In this document: positions 30,539-43,484 of the stretch, in pieces
Position numbering within the stretch: the first letter of the stretch is position 1
How the letters are laid out: every line of letters starts with the position of its first letter
Assembly: GCA_902605215.1 (NCBI GenBank)
Contig: CACLBX010000001.1
Location: forward strand, 35,504 to 99,503
Direction: 5' to 3'
Origin: an uncultured Pelagibacteraceae bacterium
GTDB lineage: Bacteria > Pseudomonadota > Alphaproteobacteria > Pelagibacterales > AG-422-B15
Length of the DNA: 64,000 nucleotides
Position numbers and translations under genes: made by a program
Notes under the pieces: model-generated
What the model saw: only the letters and a program-made list of their open reading frames with translations
Databases searched by the model: none
What the model was told of the DNA's origin: nothing

Positions 30539-31132
30539 ATGACTATAGAAAATCGAAAAATTGAATCCTCTGATCTACTTGAGTATAGCGCTTATGCGAA
30601 AGAAAGAAGAAGTATAAGAAAAGAGGTAGTTCAGATGAAAAAAAATAGGAGAGTAGAACTCGGGCCTCATTCTACGTTTTACTTTGAAAATTTCTTTACT
30701 ATGAAAGCTCAAATTCAAGAGATGCTTTACATAGAAAAAGGTGGCGATGAACAACTCAAAGATGAGTTAGAGGCTTATAATCCTCTTGTACCACAAGGCT
30801 CAGAACTTGTAGCAACTTATATGTTTGAAATTGACAATCCAATCACAAGAAAAAAGGTTTTATCGTCCTTAGGAAATGTTGAGAATAAGTTATTTATAAG
30901 TATTAATGGGACAAAGCTATACGCGGCACCTGAAGAAGATGTAGATCGTACAGATAACTCAGGAAAGACTTCCTCTGTTCATTTTATTCATTTTAAATTT
31001 AGTGATAAGCAAGTTGAGGAATTTAAAAATTCAAGCAGCAAAATTGAGATTGGAACAGACCACGATAACTATCTTCATAGTACTGTGTTGTCTAAAGAAG
31101 TGAAAGAGGCCTTGGCAAAAGACTTTAGGTAA
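30539..31132 (+). CDS. DUF3501-like protein (uncharacterised, cysteine-free)
   Basis: 197 aa. From memory, the pattern KKNRRVELGPHSTFYFENFFTM..QIQEML..EAYNPLVPQGSEL..SSVHFIHFKF resembles DUF3501 proteins found next to rubrerythrin/Fe-S genes. Needs an HMM check. Confidence 0.6.
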   Translation: MTIENRKIESSDLLEYSAYAKERRSIRKEVVQMKKNRRVELGPHSTFYFENFFTMKAQIQEMLYIEKGGDEQLKDELEAYNPLVPQGSELVATYMFEIDNPITRKKVLSSLGNVENKLFISINGTKLYAAPEEDVDRTDNSGKTSSVHFIHFKFSDKQVEEFKNSSSKIEIGTDHDNYLHSTVLSKEVKEALAKDFR

Positions 31133-31135
31133 CTT

Positions 31136-31591
31136 TTATTCACCAGTAGATCCAAATCCACCTTGACCTCGAGTAGTGTCATCTAGATTGTCAACTTCTT
31201 TAAATTCTACTTTAGTGACATTTGAGAAAACCATTTGAGCAATTCTTTCTAGTGGACGAACAATAAATTTTTCTTTACTTAAATTTATTAGTATTACTTT
31301 TATTTCTCCTCTGTAATCACTATCAATGGTACCTGGTGTATTCAAAACAGTTATTCCGTATTTAAAAGCAAGTCCAGACCTTGGTCTTACCTGGGCTTCC
31401 ATGCCTGTCGGCATTGAAACTGAAATTCCACATGCAATTATTTCTTTTTCCCATGGGGGAATTGCAATATCACTTTTTATTGAGGCACATAAATCAACTC
31501 CTGAAGCCTCTTTTGATTGATACTTAGGCAATTCAAAGTCTTCAATATCAGATATTTTTTTAATGAATATAGAATTTTTTTTTGTGGACAA
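31136..31591 (-). CDS. dut: dUTP diphosphatase
   Basis: 151 aa: RPRSGLAFKYGI, GTIDSDYRGE, RGQGGFGSTG. Confidence 0.94.
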   Translation of the reverse strand: MSTKKNSIFIKKISDIEDFELPKYQSKEASGVDLCASIKSDIAIPPWEKEIIACGISVSMPTGMEAQVRPRSGLAFKYGITVLNTPGTIDSDYRGEIKVILINLSKEKFIVRPLERIAQMVFSNVTKVEFKEVDNLDDTTRGQGGFGSTGE

Positions 31592-31595
31592 GCTT

Positions 31596-32795
31596 CTAAC
31601 TTTTTAGATGCTGAACTATCTTATGAGATAATTTCTCAGCAACTTCCTCTTTTCGCATCTGTTTCCAGTTTTCAGTTTCAGATTTAGAAATAAAATGAAT
31701 CTCATTTGTATCTTTACCAATAACTTGTCCGTTTGAAACATTATTACCGAGAATCCAATCACAGCCCTTTTTTCCCAATTTAATTTTTGAATTTTCCTCT
31801 AGATTCTCAGTTTCAGCTGCAAAGCCAACCACAAGGTCTGGTCTCTTATCATTACGTTTACTTAATCTGGACAAAATATCTGGATTCTCTTCTAATGTGA
31901 TGTCTAACCTTGAACCGTTTTTCTTAATTTTGGTTTCACTTTGTTTCATAATTTTATAATCAGCAACTGCAGCAGCACAGATAGCAATATTCACAGGTAA
32001 CGCTTTATCGCATTCTAACATCATTTCATCAGCTGATGACACATGAACAACCTTATCAACATTGGGATCAGGTAATTTAGTTGGTCCAGAGATTAAAGTT
32101 GTATGAGCACCCAATGATGATAATTTTTCTGCAATTGTGTAGCCCTGCTTCCCAGAAGATTCGTTGGAAATAAATCTTACAGGGTCTATCATTTCTTTTG
32201 TTGGCCCAGATGTAACAAGAGCTGAGAAATCTCTAAGTGGTTTGAAATCTAAACTATTAATAAAATCTATTGTATATTTTATAATTTCACTCGGTTCACT
32301 CATTCGGCCTTCACCATATTCCCCACAAGCCATTTCACCATTTTCTGGTCCAACAAATTTTATGCCATCATTCCTAAGAGTTTGAATATTTCTTTGTGTC
32401 GCATTATTAAGCCACATTCTTACATTCATTGCTGGTGCAACAATTATGGGTTTATTTGTAGCCACCAAAACAGTTGATGCTAAATCGTCTGTATTCCCAT
32501 AAGCAATTTTGGACATGATATTTGCTGTTGCAGGCGCAACAAGAATGACGTCAGCTTGTCTGGAAAGTTGTATATGACCCATTTCATGTTCATCAGTTAA
32601 GTTGAATAGACCTGTAAAAACCTTATTTTCTGATAAGCTCTCAATGGATAAGGGTGTTACAAATTCTGAACCTGATTTAGTTAGAATACAAGTAACATCA
32701 ATGTTATTGGCTTTAAGACCCCTTATTATTTCAAGCGATTTATAAGCGGCTATTCCACCAGTAATAATTAACAATACCTTTTTTGTTTTATTCAT
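31596..32795 (-). CDS. coaBC: bifunctional phosphopantothenoylcysteine decarboxylase/synthetase
   Basis: 399 aa. Flavoprotein N-domain (ITGGIAAYK, PAMN) and DFP C-domain (VTSGPT..SSGKQG). Confidence 0.93.
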   Translation of the reverse strand: MNKTKKVLLIITGGIAAYKSLEIIRGLKANNIDVTCILTKSGSEFVTPLSIESLSENKVFTGLFNLTDEHEMGHIQLSRQADVILVAPATANIMSKIAYGNTDDLASTVLVATNKPIIVAPAMNVRMWLNNATQRNIQTLRNDGIKFVGPENGEMACGEYGEGRMSEPSEIIKYTIDFINSLDFKPLRDFSALVTSGPTKEMIDPVRFISNESSGKQGYTIAEKLSSLGAHTTLISGPTKLPDPNVDKVVHVSSADEMMLECDKALPVNIAICAAAVADYKIMKQSETKIKKNGSRLDITLEENPDILSRLSKRNDKRPDLVVGFAAETENLEENSKIKLGKKGCDWILGNNVSNGQVIGKDTNEIHFISKSETENWKQMRKEEVAEKLSHKIVQHLKS

Positions 32796-32855
32796 TCCGT
32801 AGAGTTATACTTTTTTGTTTATCTTGAAAAGTAAATACAATTATAAAAAAGCATT

Positions 32856-34391
32856 CTATATCAATAATATAATTAAAGCCAAGCTTGAAATTAAGACTGT
32901 TCCGCCGATTATAAAGTACTTTGTATTAGTCTTTTGGGGTGCATTATCTGAATTGCCTTCAGTGATGATATTAAAAGCTTGATCGGCTCTTGAGATAAAA
33001 TCAGGAATATCTGGCATTTTACGTGCAATACTTTGAAGTGTTTCCTGTGTTTGTTTTAATCTATTTTTTATTCCCAGTTCATCTTTAAGCCAAGTTTCTA
33101 TTTCAGGTTTAGAAACTTCCCAGAAATTTATTTCAGGATCCAGTTTTCTTGCTACGCCCTCTACAGTGATCATAGTCTTTTGCAATAAAAGAAGTTGAGG
33201 TTGTAGAAACATATTAAATTGTTCTGTTATATCAAAAAGTTGAATCAATACATTGCCCATAGAAATATTTTTTGCTTTTTGATTAATTATAGGCTCTCCA
33301 ATTGACCTCAAAGCTTGTGAAAAGTCTTCTGTAGATTGGCTTTTATCAATTAGTCCAGCTTCTTGATGAATTTTAGCTATCAAATAATAATCTTGCTTTA
33401 TAAATCCGTAAATAATTTCTGCTAGGTAAGATCTATTCTTCTTATCAAGCCTTCCCATAATTCCAAAGTCTACTGCAAGTAAATTTCCATTTTTATTTAA
33501 AAATAAATTACCTTGATGAAGATCTGCATGGAAATAGCCGTCTCTGATCGACTGTCTTAAAAAATTTACTATTAAATTCTCAGCTGATTTTTTGATATCA
33601 TAATTATTTTCATTAAGTTTTTCGATTTTATCTGCTGGGATTCCATTTATTTTCTCCATGGTAAGTATTTTTTGGGTAATTTTTTCCCAATAAACTAGTG
33701 GGACATAAAAACTCCCGTCTAATTGAGTATTCTCTCTAAGTTCTGATGCAGCTGCTGCCTCATATCTCAAGTCCAGTTCAAACTTGATCACTTCTTTTGC
33801 TTTTTTTATAATTGAATTAGGCCTTAATCTCTCAAATTCCTTAAAATTCTCCATAAAAGAAGTCAGCCATTCTAGGCGTGACATTTCTTGTTCTATGATT
33901 TTTTCAATTTGAGGTCTGAGTATTTTAACCGCTACTTCAGTTTCAACCCCATTATTATTTATTTTTGCAAAGTGAACTTGAGCTATAGATGCCGCAGCAA
34001 TTGGTTCGCTAAAATCAGTAAATACCTTATCAATAGTCGTTCCAAACTCACTTTCTACAATTTTAATTGCAATATCTTTTGAAAAAGGTGGTAAATTATC
34101 TCTTAAAATAGACAAGTCATCTGCAATAGTATTTCCAACAATGTCTGGCCGTGTTGAAATTAGCTGGCCCAATTTGACGAAAGAGGGGCCTAGCTCATTT
34201 AATGCTTTAGCAACCCTAACTCCGTCTGAGTCATTCATTAGTTCTTTATTTTTAGAAACTCCTATAGATAAAAGTTGAGTGATTATTGTGTAAATAATTC
34301 TGTATCTCACATTTTGACCTATTAGTCGTAATATGTCGTATGCTTTGAATATTCTGATTATCTTTAATAGAAAAAAAAAATTATTTATCAT
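32856..34391 (-). CDS. ubiB: ubiquinone biosynthesis protein kinase-like UbiB (ABC1 family)
   Basis: 511 aa. LGPSFVKLGQLISTRPDIVG, AAASIAQVH, VAVKILRP, HADLHQGN, C-terminal TM. ATGA overlap with ubiE. Confidence 0.9.
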   Translation of the reverse strand: MINNFFFLLKIIRIFKAYDILRLIGQNVRYRIIYTIITQLLSIGVSKNKELMNDSDGVRVAKALNELGPSFVKLGQLISTRPDIVGNTIADDLSILRDNLPPFSKDIAIKIVESEFGTTIDKVFTDFSEPIAAASIAQVHFAKINNNGVETEVAVKILRPQIEKIIEQEMSRLEWLTSFMENFKEFERLRPNSIIKKAKEVIKFELDLRYEAAAASELRENTQLDGSFYVPLVYWEKITQKILTMEKINGIPADKIEKLNENNYDIKKSAENLIVNFLRQSIRDGYFHADLHQGNLFLNKNGNLLAVDFGIMGRLDKKNRSYLAEIIYGFIKQDYYLIAKIHQEAGLIDKSQSTEDFSQALRSIGEPIINQKAKNISMGNVLIQLFDITEQFNMFLQPQLLLLQKTMITVEGVARKLDPEINFWEVSKPEIETWLKDELGIKNRLKQTQETLQSIARKMPDIPDFISRADQAFNIITEGNSDNAPQKTNTKYFIIGGTVLISSLALIILLI

Positions 34392-35071
34392 AATTCTTTC
34401 TTTTCTGCTGAATGCATTGCAACCACTCCATTAAAAAGATTACGGTAGTCAACTGTTACAAAATCTGAACTTTTAATTATTTCTAGAAACTCTTCTTGTG
34501 ATGGGAATTCTTTAATTGTTCTAGTTAAATATTTATAAGGCTCTTCATCGCCAACAATAACTTTTCCAAATATCGGAATTAATGAAGAATATAAGTTGTA
34601 TACCTTAGATAAAGTTTCATTTTTAACCTTAGAAAATTCAAGACATAGAAATCTACCACCAGGTTTCAAAACTCTTTTTGCTTCCTGCAGGGACTTTTTA
34701 AGATCACTAAAATTTCTAACACCAAAAGAAACTAAATAAGCATCAAAAGTATTATCTTCAAAAGGCAGTTCCTCAGCTGGTGCAACTACCCACTCAATAT
34801 CATTTGAATATTGCTCTATTCTTTTTCCTGCTTCAACCATATTTTCATTTGGATCACATACTATAGCCTTACCCTTTCCATTAACTCTTTTAAGGAAGCG
34901 CCTTGAAATATCTCCTGTGCCACCAGCGACATCAATTATTTTCATTTCTTCATGAGGCGAAAGCCAATCAATCATTAATTCTTTCCAATACCTATGAACG
35001 CCCATAGACATTACATCGTTCATAATATCGTATTTACTCGCAACTGAATTAAAGACTTCTTTTGTTTCCAT
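34388..35071 (-). CDS. ubiE: demethylmenaquinone/ubiquinone C-methyltransferase
   Basis: 227 aa: VASKYDIMNDVMS.GVHRYWK and the SAM motif IDVAGGTGD. Confidence 0.92.
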   Translation of the reverse strand: METKEVFNSVASKYDIMNDVMSMGVHRYWKELMIDWLSPHEEMKIIDVAGGTGDISRRFLKRVNGKGKAIVCDPNENMVEAGKRIEQYSNDIEWVVAPAEELPFEDNTFDAYLVSFGVRNFSDLKKSLQEAKRVLKPGGRFLCLEFSKVKNETLSKVYNLYSSLIPIFGKVIVGDEEPYKYLTRTIKEFPSQEEFLEIIKSSDFVTVDYRNLFNGVVAMHSAEKKEL

Positions 35072-35136
35072 CTAATAAATATTTGATAAATTAAGTATCT
35101 TTTATTTTATAACTAATAATTAATATATAAAAATAT

Positions 35137-35967
35137 ATGCCTGAGTTGCCTGAAGTTCAAACTGTAGTTAATGGGATAAAAAGTAAACTTATTGGATTAA
35201 AGATCAAAGACACAAAGGTATTTGTCAAAAAACTCAGATATCCTGTACCAATAAACCTAAAAAATAAAATTAATAAAAGCTCACTATTAGATGTTGAGAG
35301 GCGAGCAAAATACATAATTTTAAGGTTATCGAATGACTATTCTCTTATTATTCACCTCGGTATGTCCGGAAGAATAATTATTGGCAAAAAAAAAGAATTA
35401 AAATCGATTAAACATACACATTTTCAGTTATATTTTTCCAATGATTTAGTATTGCAATTTATAGATCCGCGAAGGTTTGGCTGTATATTGCTGAGAGAAA
35501 CCAGCAAGCTATTAGAAGAAAAGCTTCTTAAACATTTGGGCGTTGAACCACTTGATAAATCTTTTAATCAAAATTATTTGCATGAAATTGCTAGCAATAA
35601 AGCATCATCAATTAAGTCAATAATTATGAACCAAAAGTATATCGTAGGCGTTGGGAATATCTATGCATCTGAATCTCTATATTTATCAAAAATAAGTCCT
35701 TTTAAAATAGGTAACAAACTTACAATATCTGAAAGTGATCGACTAGTGCGATCGATTAAAAGAGTGCTGAAAAAATCAATTCAAATGGGAGGATCAAGTA
35801 TCAATGATCATACGATGATTTCTGGCAAGTTAGGCCATTATCAGAATAAACTTCAAGTATACGGACGTGATGGGCAAAAATGTAGAAATAAATCTTGTCA
35901 GTTGCCCATAATACGCATAGTAATAGCCCAGCGATCGACATTCTACTGTAGTAGCTGTCAAAAATAG
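35137..35967 (+). CDS. mutM: formamidopyrimidine-DNA glycosylase
   Basis: 276 aa. N-terminal MPELPEV and a C-terminal zinc finger C..C..YCSSCQ. Confidence 0.93.
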   Translation: MPELPEVQTVVNGIKSKLIGLKIKDTKVFVKKLRYPVPINLKNKINKSSLLDVERRAKYIILRLSNDYSLIIHLGMSGRIIIGKKKELKSIKHTHFQLYFSNDLVLQFIDPRRFGCILLRETSKLLEEKLLKHLGVEPLDKSFNQNYLHEIASNKASSIKSIIMNQKYIVGVGNIYASESLYLSKISPFKIGNKLTISESDRLVRSIKRVLKKSIQMGGSSINDHTMISGKLGHYQNKLQVYGRDGQKCRNKSCQLPIIRIVIAQRSTFYCSSCQK

Positions 35968-35982
35968 TAAACACGAAAGAAT

Positions 35983-36246
35983 ATGGCTAATACTAAATCT
36001 GCAAAAGCAAAAATAAGAGAAATATCCAAGAAAACTGACGTAAATAAGTCAGTGAGAAATAGATATCGTACCTTTATTAAAAAAGTTGAACTAAATATTG
36101 TGAGTGGTGATAAGTCGGCAGCAAAAACTGCTCTAAGATCAGCTGAGTCCGAAATGATGTCTGCCGTGTCAAAAAAGATTGTTCATAAAAACACTGCAGC
36201 AAGAAAAATTTCTCGACTATCGAATAAGATAAAATCACTAAAATAG
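35983..36246 (+). CDS. rpsT: 30S ribosomal protein S20
   Basis: 87 aa, basic, starting MANTKSAKAKIRE. Conserved rpsT-dnaA position in alphaproteobacteria. Confidence 0.9.
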   Translation: MANTKSAKAKIREISKKTDVNKSVRNRYRTFIKKVELNIVSGDKSAAKTALRSAESEMMSAVSKKIVHKNTAARKISRLSNKIKSLK

Positions 36247-36408
36247 ATTCTTCAAACTTTTTCCGTATGTTAAAGCCTTCAATGGATGTTATCTGGAAAC
36301 AACAGAGTTTAATTTCGTATTAAAATTTAGCACCAAGTAAATAATATTTTTTATTGCGATTCAATTTTAATAACGCTAAGTTTACTCAATTAAAAATAAT
36401 CATTTTAA

Positions 36409-36417
36409 TTATCCAAA
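36409..36417 (+). promoter_or_regulatory. DnaA-box-like 9-mer TTATCCAAA (one mismatch to TTATCCACA) upstream of dnaA
   Basis: Read directly. This is the only near-consensus box I found in the 322-bp rpsT-dnaA spacer. Confidence 0.35.
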
Positions 36418-36568
36418 TTATTTTTTTAGACCTGGATTCATAATTCGAATTCGGTAGGTACTTTTTGGAACAGTTTTTTCCAAATGAAAAAAAGTGCAAA
36501 AAAAAATTATGCTTTTATCTAAAATTGGATACAATTTTAATGAGTAAAATTGAGGGAGTTGATAATTA

Positions 36569-37981
36569 ATGTTTCAAGATCTAGAAAATGCACAGCCCTC
36601 AAAATCTAGCATTCGAGATCAATGGAATATTGTTTTAAAAAAACTTAATTCTGAATATGGAAATGAAATATTTAATAGCTGGATAAAAAATATATCTATA
36701 AAAAACTTAGACAACGATATTATATATTTTACAGTTCCAACAAGGTTTATCAGAGACTGGATTACTTCACATTATTTAGACAAGATTATCTATTTTTTAA
36801 ATCAAGAAAATCCCGATATTAAACGAGTAAAAATAAGCATAGATAATGCACTTACCTCAAATATGCTTAACCTTAATAAGGATATATCTTCGGGAAATAA
36901 TCATATTAAGGCTTCATTTAATTCAAATTCATCAGACGATTGGCCTTTAGATGAGAGATTCACTTTTGATAAATTCATAACGGGCCCTACCAATGAACTT
37001 GCCTTTGCATCAGCCAAGAGACTTTGCTCTGATGACACATACGAATTTAATCCACTTTATGTTTATGGTGGAGTAGGACTAGGCAAAACACATCTTCTAC
37101 ATGCTATAGCTTGGCAGATAAGTGAAGAGAAAGTAAATAGTAAAGTACTTTATCTATCAGCTGAACGATTTATGTTTCAGTTTATAAAATCACTTAGGCA
37201 AAAAGACACAATGACTTTCAAACAGAAATTTAGATCTGCTGATGTTTTAATTATAGATGACATTCAATTTATGATTGGAAAAAATTCAACTCAAGAAGAA
37301 TTTTTTCACACTTTTAACTCATTACTAGATTTGAATAAAAGAGTTATCATATCTGCTGATAGATCTCCAAGTGAACTTAGCAGTTTTGATGATCGCATGA
37401 AGTCAAGATTATCAGGAGGTTTAGTTGTTGACATAATGCCCACAACATATGAATTGAGATATTCGATAATAAAAAATAAGTATAGTGAATTAAGAGAAAA
37501 AAATAAAAATAGTATATTTGAACTTGATGAAAATATTTTAGAATTTTTAGCTAAAACAATAACATCAAATATAAGAGAATTAGAAGGTGCTTTAAATAAA
37601 GTATTCACTTTTTCAAATATATTAGGAAAAAAGATAGATATCGAATTAACAAAATCAGTTCTTAAAGATTTGCTTAAATCTAGCAATCGAAGAATAACAA
37701 TCGATGAGATTCAAAATAAAGTTGCAAGTTATTTTAATATTAAAATTGATGATCTTATTTCAAGTAGAAGGATCAGAACTTTTGCTCGACCAAGACAGGT
37801 TGCGATGTACCTTACAAAAAAACTGACCACTAGATCTTTACCAGAGATTGGTAGAAAATTTGGAGGCAGAGACCATACAACTGTAATACATGCAGTTAAA
37901 AAGATTGAAGAATTAAAACAGAATAATCCAAAATTTGATGAGGATATTAATTTAATTACCCAGATGATCACATCAGTTTAG
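36569..37981 (+). CDS. dnaA: chromosomal replication initiator protein DnaA
   Basis: 470 aa. Walker A GGVGLGKTHL, IIDDIQF, and C-terminal DNA-binding RPRQVAMYL..GGRDHTTVIHA. Confidence 0.97.
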   Translation: MFQDLENAQPSKSSIRDQWNIVLKKLNSEYGNEIFNSWIKNISIKNLDNDIIYFTVPTRFIRDWITSHYLDKIIYFLNQENPDIKRVKISIDNALTSNMLNLNKDISSGNNHIKASFNSNSSDDWPLDERFTFDKFITGPTNELAFASAKRLCSDDTYEFNPLYVYGGVGLGKTHLLHAIAWQISEEKVNSKVLYLSAERFMFQFIKSLRQKDTMTFKQKFRSADVLIIDDIQFMIGKNSTQEEFFHTFNSLLDLNKRVIISADRSPSELSSFDDRMKSRLSGGLVVDIMPTTYELRYSIIKNKYSELREKNKNSIFELDENILEFLAKTITSNIRELEGALNKVFTFSNILGKKIDIELTKSVLKDLLKSSNRRITIDEIQNKVASYFNIKIDDLISSRRIRTFARPRQVAMYLTKKLTTRSLPEIGRKFGGRDHTTVIHAVKKIEELKQNNPKFDEDINLITQMITSV

Positions 37982-38044
37982 TTATTTTCATATTATTCAA
38001 AAAATTGAAGAAATATGTTACAGTAGTAAAAATCAATTAGATTT

Positions 38045-39172
38045 ATGGAAATTAAAGCAAACAGTTCTGACCTTTTAAAAGCTCTAAATCATATACATGG
38101 CATAGTTGAGGTTAGACATACATTACCAATATTATCTAATATTGTATTATTTGCAGAAAACAATGAGCTTAGCCTATCCTCTACTAATCTAGATATTTTT
38201 TGTTCCGACAAAATAGATGCAGAAATAGTGAACTCAGGGGAAATTTCTGTTCCTGCAATAACTTTCTTTGAAATTGTTAAAAGATTGCCTTCTGGATCAG
38301 ACGTAATAATGAGTATGGGCGATGAAGACACAGAGCTAATATTAAAGTGTGGAAGGTCTAAATTTAATCTTTCCACGTTAAAGACTGAGGACTTTCCAAT
38401 ACTTTCAGACAAAGACTTATCCACTAATTTTGTAATTAGTGCTGACGAACTGAGCAGGATGATAGACAAAACAAAGTTTGCGATATCTAATGAAGAAACA
38501 AGATATTATCTAAATGGTATTTTTTTTCATAAAGCAGAAAGCAATTCTATTAAATTTTTAAGAGCTGTAGCTACTGATGGACATCGATTAGCTCAATACG
38601 ATATACCTCTTCCACAAGGCGCTGAAGAAATTACTGGAATAATCATCCCTAAGAAAACAGTTTTTGAATTAAGAAAGGTATTAGACGATGCTGATGGTGA
38701 CGTAAGCGTATCTTTAAACGAAAATAAAATTAAATTTTCATTTAATAATTTGAAAATAGTATCAAAAGTAATTGATGGTACTTTTCCTGATTATACAAAA
38801 GTTATTCCCCAAAATAATGATAAAAAGTTTAAAACAGATAATTCTGAACTTAAAAATGCTATTGATAGAGTATCAGCTGTAGCTATTAATGAGGAGACAA
38901 AATCAAAGGCAATTAAATTAACAATCGAAAATAACAAACTAAATCTTAGTGTTGAAAGTCAATCCAAGGGATCTGCAAAAGAAGAGATCGATATTAGTTA
39001 TAGTAATGAAAAAGTTGATATTGGTTTTAACTCTAGATACCTAATGGATATTTGTAATGAGGTTGATGGTGATGAGATAGATGTAAGCTTACTCGATTCA
39101 ATATCGCCTGCTATTATTTTAGATAAAACTGACGAAAATTTATTCTTTGTTTTAATGCCAATGCGTATTTGA
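38045..39172 (+). CDS. dnaN: DNA polymerase III beta sliding clamp
   Basis: 375 aa with three-domain clamp pattern (TRYYLNGIFF, ATDGHRLA, C-terminal MPMRI). Confidence 0.94.
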   Translation: MEIKANSSDLLKALNHIHGIVEVRHTLPILSNIVLFAENNELSLSSTNLDIFCSDKIDAEIVNSGEISVPAITFFEIVKRLPSGSDVIMSMGDEDTELILKCGRSKFNLSTLKTEDFPILSDKDLSTNFVISADELSRMIDKTKFAISNEETRYYLNGIFFHKAESNSIKFLRAVATDGHRLAQYDIPLPQGAEEITGIIIPKKTVFELRKVLDDADGDVSVSLNENKIKFSFNNLKIVSKVIDGTFPDYTKVIPQNNDKKFKTDNSELKNAIDRVSAVAINEETKSKAIKLTIENNKLNLSVESQSKGSAKEEIDISYSNEKVDIGFNSRYLMDICNEVDGDEIDVSLLDSISPAIILDKTDENLFFVLMPMRI

Positions 39173-43429
<4,257 letters not shown>

Positions 43430-43484
43430 AAAGAAACTATAAATTATTATACAATTATTATAACTTTTAAATTTTGAATATATT

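Noticed and set aside
34371-34380. A10/T10 homopolymer at the 5-prime end of ubiB as a possible slippage or phase-variation site
   Set aside because: It encodes in-frame Phe-Phe-Phe in an essential housekeeping gene of an AT-rich genome, and homopolymers of this kind recur throughout the window. There is no reason to invoke phase variation.
36309-36323. TTAA-N7-TTAA (TTAATTTCGTATTAA), formally a perfect CtrA-box consensus, upstream of dnaA
   Set aside because: TTAA is extremely frequent in this AT-rich DNA, so a chance match is likely. I have no evidence of ctrA in this window, and SAR11-type genomes are reported to have very few response regulators.
36247-36568. Chromosomal origin (oriC) in the rpsT-dnaA spacer
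   Set aside because: There is only one near-consensus DnaA box. There is no switch of gene orientation around it, since flanking core genes are on the plus strand on both sides. Alphaproteobacterial origins are typically hemE-linked. This needs GC-skew analysis to settle.
37306-38469. 126-aa antisense ORFs inside dnaA (37306..37686) and dnaN (38089..38469)
   Set aside because: They lie opposite highly conserved coding sequence and have low-complexity composition. This is the expected by-product of AT-rich codon usage.
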